From Octopus vulgaris (taxonomy: Eukaryota), in assembly GCA_951406725.2 (NCBI GenBank), contig OX597816.1, positions 93,062,001 to 93,126,000 on the forward strand: DNA of 64,000 nucleotides. The letters run 5' to 3'. The position numbers and the translations under genes were made by a program. The first letter of the stretch is position 1. Every line of letters begins with the position of its first letter. Positions 38,446 to 51,145 of this stretch are shown here, piece by piece. The notes beneath the pieces are model-generated. The model was not told where the DNA came from, did no database searches, and saw only the letters and a program-made list of their open reading frames with translations.

Positions 38446-40034
38446 ATACTGTTCCGCATCTTAGAGTGTGCTTCTTCTTTTGTATTTATGCTTTCTATAA
38501 ACAATATATATATATATTTCCCTGATTCAAGAGAATCGGGTACTTAAACTAAAGTGCCAAGGTCAGGTCTGTAGTAGCATTATCATGTACAAACAATATT
38601 TAAGGACAAATACATACTAACTAAAGTAAACACAGATTTGATTATCAATAAAAAACATGCATGAAACAGCTGTAGTGAACCACAATCTATCTGTTGTTAT
38701 TTGTTTATATATAGAGAGAGAGGAGGGAGAGAAGGGAAATGCAAGAGAGAGAAAGAGAGAGAGAGATGCATGTCTGTGTGTTTGAGAGGCTAAGAAGTTT
38801 GCTTTCTTAGCATGTGGTTTCAGGTTCAATCCTACCATTTTCACAACAGGCTCAAGTTAACCAATGCCTTGTGTGTTGATTTGGTAGGTGGAAATTGAAA
38901 GAAACCTATTAACTATACATGTGTGTCTGTGTGTCTGTGTGTGTGTATGAGTGTGCTTATGTATCCTTCTCTTGAAATTACATAACAGTTGTAAATGCAA
39001 TTTAAGCAATGTCATTCATTACCAATTTTGCATGAAAATACTACTTGTGATTGGAAAATATTATCTTGTTAGGAAACAGGTGAGTTTTGATGATGGAAAG
39101 GAGAACTACATCTTACTTATTTGTAAGTTTTAGTTTGTGCTTGGTTCCTGCAGCTGGGCATCTTCTCTAAAATGAAACTTACGAGTGAGATGTGGTCCCC
39201 TAAGCTATCTAGGTGAAGCAATGGACCTATCAAGCTTCTGTCAGCATAGAAGGCAGGTGTAAAACCGTAATGACGCTTCATGTTGATGTTAATGTTGATG
39301 CTGATGTTGATATTGATGGTGGTGGTGGTGGTGGTGGTTGTGGTGGTGGCGGCGGCAGTGGTGGTGGTGAGGAGGAGGATGCTGTTACTATTGATGATGA
39401 TGATGATAATGATGATGATGATGATGATGATAGGTATAGAGAAATAAATCATTAGTGTGACAGATGTGTCATGTGTGTATGCCTATGTGCTTGTGCATAT
39501 ATGTGCATCTATGAGTATAATGTGGAGTAAGTTTCTGATGAGCTAAATCTGGAACTTAGTTCTAATTCTGAATTTTATTTCATTTCATAAGTTTAAGAAG
39601 TTTTTACTTCATATATTATGAGCTTTGATTTATTGCTACTTTTTTTTTTATTGCAATAGACAAGATTTGTGGGAAGATTTTTCAAATTTTTCAATACTTC
39701 AAAAGATGATAAAAAAAATAATTTCCATATTTTTCTTTATTCACTTGTAAAATTAAAGTTTCTTATTTAATGGTTCAACATCAGCAAGTCTCTTTGGTGA
39801 TGTGGTATCATGGCCATGCATTCTATAATAGATGCGTTGTTCGATTCTCATGGATGAGTTTGTCTTCTTTTTTATGTGATATTTTTCTCCATTTATTTTG
39901 ATCTGTTACTGTAGCTACCTTTTCATTAGAGCAATTTTCTAACGAATCTCATTTTCTTATTTTCACATTTCTCAAGGCTTCAAAATACAATTCCTTCCTC
40001 TCAAAAACATATGACTATATATATATATACATAT

Positions 40035-40262
40035 ATGTCGGGCTTGTGAAAGAGAGTGTAATTCGGCAGGAGGACTTAAACGACATGCAAAGGTACATGA
40101 AGCCCAGTTACAACCACAGCCAGCTATTACCGGTAAAGGTATTAGTTGCCAATTCTGAACAAGACATTGTAGATCTTTAGCTGGGCTAAAAAGTCACATT
40201 CGATCACAGCACCAGTAACAGTTAAGCTTCGTGCAATGGCCATACTCGATAATGAGGGGGCA

Positions 40263-40266
<4 letters not shown>
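40035..40266 (+). mobile_element. RTE-BovB-like LINE 3' end with C2H2 zinc-finger remnants, inserted in (TA)n
   Basis: RACERECNSAGGLKRHAKVH and CQF*TRHCRSLAGLKSHIRSQH, short 3'UTR ending gaggggcagcc then (TA)n. Confidence 0.7.
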
Positions 40267-40314
<48 letters not shown>

Positions 40315-40959
40315 AGGTTCATATATACGTGTGCATTGTATGCATACCCAAGAATTGAGATCATCAGGTTCTATATCAATGTTTACATTTACATCAATTT
40401 TCATGCTGCCTGCTATGGGTAGGACAATTTGACAAGATTCAGTAGATCAGAGGACCACATCTTATTCCATTGTCTTAATTTTGGCATGGTTTCTATGGTT
40501 GTATACCCTTCTTAGCACCAACAACTGGGTGTATTTTTTTCTATGCACTAGAACTATAGTGGTTGTTTTGTATCAGTAAAAATAAGGGGCTTCTCAAGCC
40601 CTTCATTGTCACAGCTTGAATTGACTACTAATGTCTTACAGAGTGTACTGAATGCTTGGAGGAGAGCCCCACATTCCCACCTGCCTCCTTAATGATGGAA
40701 GAAACAGGTTCATTGTTAGAAAATTGTTATGGAGTAAGTAATAGAGGGAACAGTATTGGTGAGGGTAATTGGGGCAAAAGCAGAAAAAGAGTGAAGAGTA
40801 ATATCAGACTAGAGTGAAGGAAACAGAAGATCAATGTAGATTTGGAATGAGGTACGTAGCTGGATCCAATGATAAGCTGGGTCATTCAGTTTGCCATGTC
40901 AGCATAGGTTGAATGGTTCATCAGGATCCAAAACAAGTTCTTCAAGGGGAAAGAAGGTT

Positions 40960-41365
40960 TTGGCAGAAACGTTAGTATGCCGGACGAAATGCTTAGTGGT
41001 ATTTCGTCTGCCGTTATGTTCTGAGTTCAAATTCCATCGAGGTCGACTTTGCCTTTTGTCCTTTTGGGGGTCGATTAAGTAAGTACCAGTTATGCACTGG
41101 GGTCAATGTAATCGACTTAATCCCTTTGTCTGTCCTTGTTTGTCCCCTCTGTGTTTAGCCCCTTGTGGGTAGTAAAGAAATAGGTATTTTGTCTGCCGTT
41201 ACGTTCTGAGATCAAATTCCACCGAGGTCGACTTTGCCTTTCATCCTTTCGGGGTCGATCAAATAAGTACCAGTTATGCACTGGGGTCGATGTAATCGAC
41301 TTAATCCCTTTATCTGCCCTTGTTTGTCCCCTCTGTGTTTAGCCTCTTGTGGGCAATAAAGAAAT
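40960..41365 (+). mobile_element. SINE family B with tandem duplication of its body (~186-bp period); other copies ~26197-26360- and 34610-34790-
   Basis: ggtattt.gtctgccgtta.gttctgag...taaagaaata occurs twice. Confidence 0.9.
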
Positions 41366-42576
41366 AATTACTGAGAGAAGGTGGTTGGTGAGAGATTAAC
41401 TGTGCAAATGCTAGGGATGGGGTTATAAGAGGATAAGTGAAAAGAAGTGTCAGGGATTTGTGAAAGACAGTGACGGATGGCAAGAAGAGTTGAGTAGGAT
41501 GAGATGCAGTGCTACCCAAATGGTGGGGGAAAAGTGGTGTAAGAAGGGAAAGATAGGAGATAATAGATGGGGAAGGGCTAAGCTATATCAAGAGATTAAT
41601 GAGAGGGAGAGAGAGTAATAAGAGCAGTGAGGAAGGAGGAGGGTGGCTGAGTAGTGCCACCCAAGTTATATATGTGTGGGTAGAGGGAGATGTGGAAGAA
41701 AGAGAATGAGGGGTTAGAGCATATCCTCAAGGTTAGATCATATCCAAGAGAGTGATGACAGGAGAATCTGTGTGAGAAGAAAGAAGAAAGTACAGCATGA
41801 TATAGGTTCGAGTAGATTTGGGGAATGGAGATATTTGAGTACTTTCCTTTACATTATGGGTGGTATGGCAGAGTAGAAAATATGATGGAGAGATGAGATG
41901 GTGCAGAATATGTAAAATGGCTTGGAGAGTACAGAATGGGCTGTAGATGGGGGTAAGCATGCACAAACAAATAAATAGATTCAGAGTACATGCACTAAAC
42001 TTGCACAAAGGTTAGATCTTCAGTAGTATCAATGTATCACAGGTTGATTCAGTCCTCAGCTATCTGCTTCAGATGTATCAAGTTGAGAATCACCACCTCA
42101 CCCCAAGTCTTCCTCTGTCTCTTTCTTCTACTTACACATTCACTTTGAATACTCAGCATTTGCATCTGAAGCTGTCATCCTCCATTCACATGCACACACT
42201 AAGCCATTCTCCTTTGCACACTGAATATAATTCCTCTTTTACCCAGTTTGTCACTTAGTCCACTTATACTTTGTTATCCATGCACACTAGCATGGATGTG
42301 AAGCATGTTTGTATCATTTCTGACTAGTCTTTGCATGTTTTACACACCCAAGGCCTGTGTCTTGCAGTCATTTAGCAGCACACTTTGCTCACAAGTATCA
42401 TACAATCTGCTTTTGATCATGAGGGATAAGCTCATTGTGTTCAAGAAGCGATTACCAGGAGTAATCATTCCTTTAACTTTCTCAAACCTGTTCCTATTCT
42501 CATTTCCACTCTCTCTGAACATCCACTATCATGACTAATTTGGTTAACTAGTTTTCAAAAGCTATTAGTTACTTAA

Positions 42577-42798
42577 CCCTTTTGTTACCAACCCGGCTGA
42601 AACCGCCTCGGGCTTTGTGGTATAAATGTCTTGTTTTCAAAAGTTCTGAATTAAAATCTTCCACCAAACTTTAGTCACAATTTATGTTCCTAACACAAGC
42701 TTAATGATAACTAAGTTATTTTACTAAATTCTTTGTTATATTTAAAATTAATTGAAAATATTTCAGAGCATCTCAACAGAAATATGGTAACAAAAGGG
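42577..42798. mobile_element. piggyBac-type MITE
   Basis: TTAA TSD at 42573-42576 and 42799-42802; TIRs cccttttgttacca / tggtaacaaaaggg. Confidence 0.9.
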
Positions 42799-44260
42799 TT
42801 AAAGAGAGTCATTTCAGCATTTGAGAAGATTTGATTCCCAAGTTCACTTTGCTCTTACTGCCCCAATTCTCTTGCTGCATAAAAATTCTGCCTTCTTTGT
42901 TATCCCACCTTTTATCCTTCTATATATTATGTGTGTCCATTATCTACTAACATCATATAGATTTTCTACTGGCTTCTTTTCTGCAGGCAGAGCACCATTT
43001 TCCCAATGCTACAATGGTTCTGTCTACATTCCTATTTACTAAAACATTTGTTTTCATTAAGTTGACATTAAGGCCCTTCCAATTTCAGATTTTACTTTCA
43101 TATCTTGAATTTTAACTTCAGTTACTTTACTGATTCCGTTTATAAGAGCTAAGTCATCAATATACATAAATTTCCAAAAGTGTTTGGTCTTAAATTCCCC
43201 TGTTATGAGGGAGCTGAGAACTGATCCTTGATGCACTAACTAACTTTGTCACTAAACTCACTGCAGATTCTCACCTTGTTGACTGCTCCTTCCTAAATAA
43301 CTGGCATGTTCCCCACAAATCATAAACCAATTTCTAGTTTGCTTAGTGATCACCAAATGACTATGTCAAAGGCCCAGATCAAGAAATACTAGATATAAGG
43401 ACATATTCCTCAAGTTATATATTTTTCTTGCAACTTGTCTTACAAAAAATATGGTATCAGTAGTCTTAGGACATGATCAAACAGCATCTCATCTAAACTA
43501 ATCTTGTCCTTAATTGGTTTTACAATAACCCTTTCTGTAACTCTCATAACTTGGTTCATCAGTTTGAAGCCTTGGCTGCTCCTTTTGTCTAGTACACATG
43601 TACCCTTGCAGCAGTTTACAGTGATACACTAGTGTTAGTCATTGGGCATGGTGTCTTCCTGTATTACTTGGTTTACTATTCAAGTGACTGTCCTATTCAG
43701 CTTCATCAGATATTTTAAGCATCTTGGTGACAATCTCTGATGGCACAACTGCATTTTCTACTTTTGTATCCTTTATTCTATCTCCCATACTACTATAATT
43801 GACTCAGATGGCTAGCCTCTCTGTTGAGCCTACATGAATTAGGTTCTCTCTTGTCCTTTCTCCACATCCAGCAGCCTCTCATATTTGCGTGACTATGCCT
43901 GTTTCTTATTAGCATCAGTGAGATGATGATAAGAAATAGGCTTGAAAGTGCTACAATCATTCTGCATTCTCTTCTTCCCCAAAACATCTGTGGTTTCTTT
44001 AGTACAGTTTCTAGCAATATGGAACATCTCACACCTTTGGTCCTCAAATCATAAAACATAGGTAAACTTCTTTTTTCCCTCACCTTTCAATACATATACC
44101 TAATGATTAGCTACACTTTTAGCAATTAGTTTTTTTTCTTTCCTGCCCACTCATTTGGTCTTTTCAAGTTTGTCTCTTTACTTTTATGGTACTATCAACA
44201 ATGCTCATTATTTACATTATTTACATTTGACGGATATTTATCCTCATCTTGTTTGTTGTT

Positions 44261-44303
44261 AACACGTTTCGGCTGATATACCCTCTAGCCTTTATCAGGT
44301 GTC
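44261..44303 (-). ncRNA. Decayed hammerhead in Penelope 3' repeat
   Basis: GACAC-CTGATAA-A-GGCT..AGCC-GAAAC-GTGTT; G8 mutated and cleavage-site bases missing. Confidence 0.6.
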
Positions 44304-44390
44304 TTGGGGAAATTTCGAACCTGGGTTCTCATTCCTAAGGTATTTTCCGATATTATTATTATTATTATTATTATTATTGTGATTATTATT

Positions 44391-44449
44391 ATTGAACTCA
44401 GAATCTTGAAGTTAGTAGCTTGTGCTCTTAACCACTACACCATATGCCC
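44391..44449 (-). promoter_or_regulatory. tRNA-like Pol III head inside the Penelope 3' region
   Basis: gggcatatggtgtagtggttaagagcac...gagttcaa: A box TGGTGTAGTGG, truncated B box GAGTTCAA running into (AAT)n. Confidence 0.6.
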
Positions 44450-44680
44450 ATGGGCAATTATGAAGTGAATTTTAGGGCTTATAAATCTAATATTCTCTTA
44501 TCCTTCCTTAATACCGGGTTCCCATATGCTGTTCATATCTGCACTCACTCTGCTTAGGAGGTTGTTGTATCCTAGCATATGTGCTGCTTCTTTTAGTTTT
44601 CGTATTTTCCTGTGGTGTTCTCTGTCTATTATTTTAACTTTGTCCCACAGGGGGAGGTAGTCTCCATTTTTCCATAAATG

Positions 44681-45767
44681 GAACCTAAGAAGCGTCAGTT
44701 GTGGTGGGCAAGAGAGACGGCTGTGCTGGTATGGTCATGTGACAAGAATGGTTGAAGATAGTTGTGTGCAAAAGTGCTACACCCTAGCAGTTGAGGGAAC
44801 CTGTGGAAGAGGTAGACCCAGGAAAACCTGGGACGAGGTGGTGAAGCACGACCTTCGAACTTTAGGTCTCACCAAGGAAATGACTAGAGACCGAGACCTA
44901 TGGAAGTATGCTGTGCGTGAGAAGACCCGGCAAGACTAATCAGGCCATAACCCGTGGCCCCTACCTGGGACGTAGTCAGTCCACCTGTGCATACCTTTCT
45001 TCTTGTGACACTTGTGAAGACCTGTTGAGGCAAGTGAAAATCAAAAAAAATCAAAACAAATCAAGATAGATGAACATCAATGGAATTTGTATCTTTGTGG
45101 TACCAGTGCCGGTGGCACACAAGAAAGCCATCCGAACGTGGCCGTTCGCCAGCCTCATCTGGCACCTGTGTCGGTGGCACATAAAAACACCATCCGAAGA
45201 CCCGGCAAGACTAGTCAGGCCATAACCCGTGACCCCTACCTGGGACGTAGTCAGTCCACCTGTGCATACCTTCCTTCTTGTGACACTTGTGAAGACCTGT
45301 TGAGGCAAGTGAAAATCAAATCAAATCAAATCAAAACAAATCAAAATAGATGAACATCAATGGAATTTGTATCTTTGTGGTACCAGTGCTGGTGGCACAC
45401 AAGAAAACCATCCGAACGTGGCCGTAGCCAGTACTGCATCGACTGGCCTCTGTGCTGTGGGCACGTAACAAACACCATCCGATCGTGGCCGTTCGCCAGC
45501 CTCATCTGGCACCTGTGTCGGTGGCACATAAAAAACACCATCCGAGCGTGGCCATTCGCCTGCCTCGTCTGGCACCTGTGTCGGTGGCACATAAAATCAC
45601 CCACTACACTCTCGGAGTGGTTGGCGTTAGGAAGGGCATCCAGCTGTAGAAACACTGCCAGATCTGACTGGCCTGGTGCAGCCTTCGGGCTCCCCAGACC
45701 CCAGTTGAATCGTCCAACCCATGCTAGCATGGAAAGCGGACGTTAAATGATGATGATGATGATGATG
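44681..45767 (+). mobile_element. Young 5'-truncated RTE LINE with ~276-bp internal tandem duplication and (ATG)n tail
   Basis: RRLCWYGHVTRM...GRGRPRKTWDEVVKHDL...LWKYAV; segment starting 44921 repeated at 45197. Confidence 0.92.
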
Positions 45768-46154
45768 ATCAGCTATATCTGATCTATCAATATCTCCTTA
45801 TGTCACAGCTTTGCGATGTTCATCTAGCCTTATTTTTAGGGGTCAACATGTTTCGCCTTTGTATAACCTACCACAGCTACATGGGATGGAGTACACGCAG
45901 TCTTTGGTCATATTCTCTTCTATCGGTGGTTTTACTTGAAGGAGATATTTGCGAAGTGTTGTATTACTCTTGAATACTGTCCTGATGTCATATGGGCCGC
46001 ATATCTTTTGTATCTTTTTGGAGAGGCCTTTCACATAGGGTAGACAGACAAGATGAGGACAAATAGCGGTCAAATGTAAATAATGTAAATAATGCACATA
46101 ATTCCTCATCTCTTGAATATAGAACTGTATCAACAATGCTGTTTAACCTGTATC

Positions 46155-46342
46155 AGAACAATTAGCCCCCATAAGACAATTCCTCCCAACGACAACTACC
46201 CCTTATGACAATTACCTCCATTGGTTAATTACGCCCTCTCCAATATATTAAAACGTTTAAAATCTTCCTCTGTTGTCCTCGGGGGTAATTTCCTGGGGGA
46301 GGGGTTACTGTCCATGGTGGAGGTGGGGGTAAATGTCCTAGA
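46155..46342. mobile_element. Small foldback MITE with subterminal repeats
   Basis: Left gacaatt(c)n-type repeats, right gggggtaa(t)..tcc-type complementary repeats. Confidence 0.5.
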
Positions 46343-47959
46343 CTTGTTCTACCACCACATTGCCTTGCATTTTGCTGGGATTCTGCACCAGCCACAAGTC
46401 TGGTGCAGAGCCTCCATCAGATTGTCCTGTAAGAACTGCTAGTTTTATTCTTTGTTATATGCCTCATTTACCTCTCCCACTATCATAAGCATCACTTAAT
46501 ACTTCTCAGAATATACAGCCAGCAGAGGGCTCTTTTAACTTCCAGACTTCCTCCTCCTCCAAATTGTCTTCTGTCTCTGAGGTAAAATAGCCCTCCTTTT
46601 GAAGTCACTAACACCAAATCTATGCTGGAAGGTACATTTTTCACCTGGAGTTCTGAAGTATGTATCTTCCAACTATCATGTGCTTTCTTGTGAAAATTAA
46701 ATCTAATTGGCTTGTGTACTCACCTGACTGGTAAGTGTTCAGGTGACAGACTGGTCTCTTGATATTTGTGTTGAAGATCATGAAATCCTTTGTGTCTCAA
46801 AATTCCAGAAGTCTTGATAATTCCTCATTTCTTGTACTGAACCTATGACTGCCATGTACTCCATAAAAGACATAATTTTTTTGTCCAGAATATCCAAAAT
46901 CGCCAGCTATGTTGCTGAAATCTTCATCATCACTACAGGGAAGCCTCATAAATGCAGACTTTCTATTCATCTACCAGCCTTGAATATAGTGCACATGAGA
47001 TAACTCACAATTGTTTTGCCTACAACAAATCTAAGTTTAGTAATTCCATCATACACTCTTACTACATCAATAACCTTAGCTATACATGTTTGTGCTAAAA
47101 GAATATCCACTCCACCCACCTCATTATTCATACACACAGAGAAAAATTCATACACCTGTTACTTGCCTATGAAGAAGTTGGCTGAGGTGCCCCCCAACTT
47201 CACTTTTGTACTCAACACATACCTCGCTCTACTCTGCTCTAGCTTTTCTGTTATATTACCTAATCCACTTTCCATTCTGCCAACTTTTAGGACTTGATAG
47301 GAAGAGTGGGAGACGTGTTTCCAGTGCTGCTTGCATAGACATATATTATATATGGTGCATGTGTGTATGTATATGTGTGTGTGTGTGTGTGTGCATGCTT
47401 GTGTGTGTGTGTGTGTGTGTGCATGTATATGTATTTATGTATGCATTAGAATGCAAATACAGTGAAATGTAAGAATATGCTTGTGTCCATAGAGATGAAC
47501 ATATGCTATAAATGTGTGTGTGCACATGATTATGGATACATGCACACACACATGCATATAAAAATACATACATACACACACTCATATTGTCAAACGTACA
47601 TATATGTGCGTGTTTGTGTATGTTTGTATATATGTATATATAAATAAATATAGATATATAGATACACACACATATATTTATGCACACACATGCATACATA
47701 TAAACATAAATATCTAAAGAGAGAAGTGAGTTTTTTTTTTTTCTTTTTTTTGGTGTTGTTTTTATTTTTACTCCTGCATTCCCACAAACAAATACATATA
47801 CATACACATAAATACATACATACATACATATAAATGCACACATGCCACCACATATCCTTCAGGAATGTAGGCTTATAGTCTGAATATTTCCATGTAATTA
47901 TAGGCTTTCATATCTATTAAATCTTTTCTATCGAAGAATTTATAGAAAAAAAATTATAT

Positions 47960-48720
47960 TTGATGGAGAGACATTTGTGAATAGTTTTTAAATTATCATC
48001 TCTCTCAATATATTTATGTTATGTAAGACTCCATATATTCATATAATCTCCTTTTTATATCATCTTATTCGTTCATATTATGGTTCAAACTTCTCTCAGC
48101 TGCCAACTGTACTTAAACAATCAACAAACCTTCTGCCAACTTATCACAGAGGTTGTAACCTTGGCTTTCCCAAACTGATAAAAACAAGGCAAAATATTTG
48201 AATCGACACAGCTGAATACAAAAATAGTTATTATCAGAGAAATCAAAACTTATCTAAATTCTAATCATAAAACTTACATCGACTATTTTACTGAGGTTTC
48301 CATCTGAATATACTGAAAATTATTGATCCAGCATTTCACTTCCTTTCATTATTGATCAAGCATTGAAATTCTGCCGACTTGATATAGATTCAAAACAAAA
48401 TGTCTCTAACCAATCACAATCAGTTTTAGTTGGTCTCTAGCCAGTGGGCAGCTTCTTGTAAACAACTTGGGTATGGCTTCTTCTAATGTTGTTTCATCGT
48501 AGACTATACCAAACATTAATAGACTTGCTTTCATTCCACATTGAACCATTTTCAAAAGCTGGTTATTATATCTAGCCTACAAGCCAGAGAGCTCATCTAC
48601 AATCAGGAAGCATAATTGTTTGTCTTGTATTCCACAAACCTGCCATTCTATCTTTTCTTTGCCTAAATTAAGTGAGCTCAAAATTTATCCTACCATTAAC
48701 ATCCAAAATAGAAAACTGTT
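47960..48720 (-). pseudogene. Highly decayed hAT-like transposase C-terminus (tentative)
   Basis: STV..AERSL..MN-like dimerisation-domain remnant near 48060-48115 with frameshifts. Confidence 0.3.
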
Positions 48721-49394
48721 TCAATAATTTGATGTAAGATTACTACTCATTTACATTATAGCACACATCTACATAACTACATAGACATAAATATACATGT
48801 ACATTGATAGATACAAATATACATATATACACTCATACATATATGATTACACAGATCCATACAGACATACATACATGCATATATAAATATAATGCACTCA
48901 TTGCTAATTATATTAAATTTAAAGCTAAGATACACAAACACACACATATCTATTTCTATATTTATATACACGAGTTTATTTATATTTTATGTACAGCTTC
49001 TCCTGTGGGACATTCTATTCTTCAGCAGTTGACTGCAGCTGCAAATAACAATGGTTTCAGTTGCCTCTGACAGTATTGTACTCTTCAGTAGTACTGAGTG
49101 GCATTGATTTTATCAAAAGATGTCAAGGTCTTCATTAGAAAACAATTTTTTCTCTCCTGTTATGTATGCAACCACCAAACCAAACTGGACAAGGCTGTAA
49201 ATATTCCAACCAAACAGCATCTATTTTTTTCAAATACTTTCTGAGCATTTGTTCTTTATTCTCCGCTTTGTTCTTTCTGAAACATGCCTCTGTCAGACAT
49301 AATACAGTATCTTTGTGTCTCTCTCCTCCACATAAATCACAGACCTACTCTTATCCTTCCCAAGCCTAAGGCCAGCTAAGTAGGAGGACTAACT

Positions 49395-51114
49395 ACAAGC
49401 TTATGATATTGCACATATACTGGATCACACCATAGCTGAGAGCTGCTGGACAGTGGTTAAGGATATGAACACAAGGAAGACACTCAGTCCATCAGGTATA
49501 ACTACAGAGATTCTTAAAGTGTTTAGCAAAATAGAGCATGAGCTAGTCATCCGTGTAGTGAATGATTAAGAAGAGAATCAACATGGATGAGATGCTGTTT
49601 CACTTTGTGCCATGGAGAAGTACTACTGATGCTATTTTCCTATTGAGACAACAGCAAGAGAGGTACTTAGCTGAGTGTAAGCCCCTATATGTGGCATTTG
49701 TCAACTCAGAAAAGGCTTTTCATTGGGTTCCACTGCTCTGTGATCTGGTGGCTATTAAGCAACCTTGTATCAGTTTGTATGAGAGTGGATAAGACCCTGC
49801 TCCCATCAGGAAAATGGCCATGTTTGATATGTCGTAAAGGAGTTTGTAGGAATTTCATGCAGAGTACCCAGTGTAAACCTGGATGCACAGGAGATGTAGT
49901 GGGATAACAGACAGGATAACAATAAATGCAGATTACATATGCAACAGGTACATTGCAGCAATGAGCACTGAGAGTGCAAGGGAATATAGATTCTTTCAAA
50001 TACCTTGAAAGCTCCCTTGTAATAGTTGATATCTTTTGTTCCAGTGGAAAAAGGTGTTCTGAAAGCATTATAGCCAAAGTGACAACAGAGTGGAAAAAGT
50101 TCTGGGAGATATTACCTCAGCTGACATTAAAAGGATTCTCTCAAGAAGTGATGAGCAGATTGTAAAATGCTTGTGTATGAAGTGTACAGTATGCTTACTG
50201 CATTCAAAGGTCTTGGGTGTAAAGGATTTGTGAAGATTGGAAAGCAATAAATCAAGCTTGCTTCACTGGGTGTGTAATATTAGTGTGCATGAATGACAAA
50301 GTACAAATGAGCTGAAAGAAAAATTGAAATTAGAAGAAACCAGATGTAGTGTGCAATAGAAAACATTGTGTTCATATGAGCATATGATACGTATAGAGGA
50401 TGAGAGCTGTATAAAGAATTATGAACTCAAAGTGAATGAAACCAGAAGAAGGAGATAGAGAAACCCAGATTCTGAGTAGAGTTGGTCGTATGGTTGGTTG
50501 GTTACAAAATCCAACCAACAGTAACCCATAATCCTGTGAAGCATCCTTGTACTGAGCGAGCTCAAGCAGCTCTTAAGGGCTCTGGACAGTGTCCAAGTCT
50601 TACAACTATTGAGCAGGACAGAGAGGACTGGAGACCTAAAGACCTGAACATTTGTCCTCCTGCATAGATATCAGCAGTACCAAACATCCTTCTCCAATGT
50701 GTCCACAACTGCACCAGCTCATCCAAGTCTTTTTAGGACTTTAAACTTGTAGCTGATTCATGATCTTAGAGGACCAGCATGCCAAAAACTAGACCCAATG
50801 TCTCTTCTGCATGTCATAAAAGGTGACTAAAAGAGGTTGAATTGGTACAGCAACCTCATAAAATTGGTACAGCAACCTCATAAAATTGGTACAGCAACCT
50901 CATAAAACCCTCACCAGCCTCTTGTACAAAGCAACCTCTTGTACAAAACCCAAAAATTCTTGTCAAAGATGCAAAATATCTTTTAAAATCCTCATATGAA
51001 GAAAGAACTTGTTTTTAGGCCAAACCCTTCAAGCTTTTGTTAGTTTTTAGTATCCTTTACTGCTAGAAGAAAATTTTACTCTCTCTCTCTCTCTCTTTCT
51101 CTCTCTTTCTCTCA

Positions 51115-51145
<31 letters not shown>

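Larger units (their letters stand above)
44205..46130 (-). mobile_element. Penelope-like element (linker plus GIY-YIG endonuclease plus 3' terminal repeat), 5'-truncated, split by an RTE insertion
   Basis: VCLPYVKGLSKKIQKIC...DCVYSIPCSCGRLYKGETC*PLKIRLDEHRK...IADH joins across the insert to LWKNGDYLPLWDKVKIIDREHHRKIRKLKEAAHML. Confidence 0.92.
41750..47190 (-). mobile_element. Decayed near-full-length RTE LINE, host of nested insertions
   Basis: AP-endonuclease remnants GGVDILLAQ..VIDVVRV.D (46967-47155) and YGVHGSHRFSTRNEELSRLLEF (~46800-46870); RT remnants VHQGSVLS and MYIDDLAL (~43145-43235). Confidence 0.8.

Noticed and set aside
39117-39455. Gly/Asp-rich or Thr/Ile-rich exon
   Set aside because: Dominated by (GGT)/(GAT) repeats; no recognisable domain
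50840-50905. CRISPR array
   Set aside because: Contiguous tandem repeats without spacers, eukaryotic context, no cas genes
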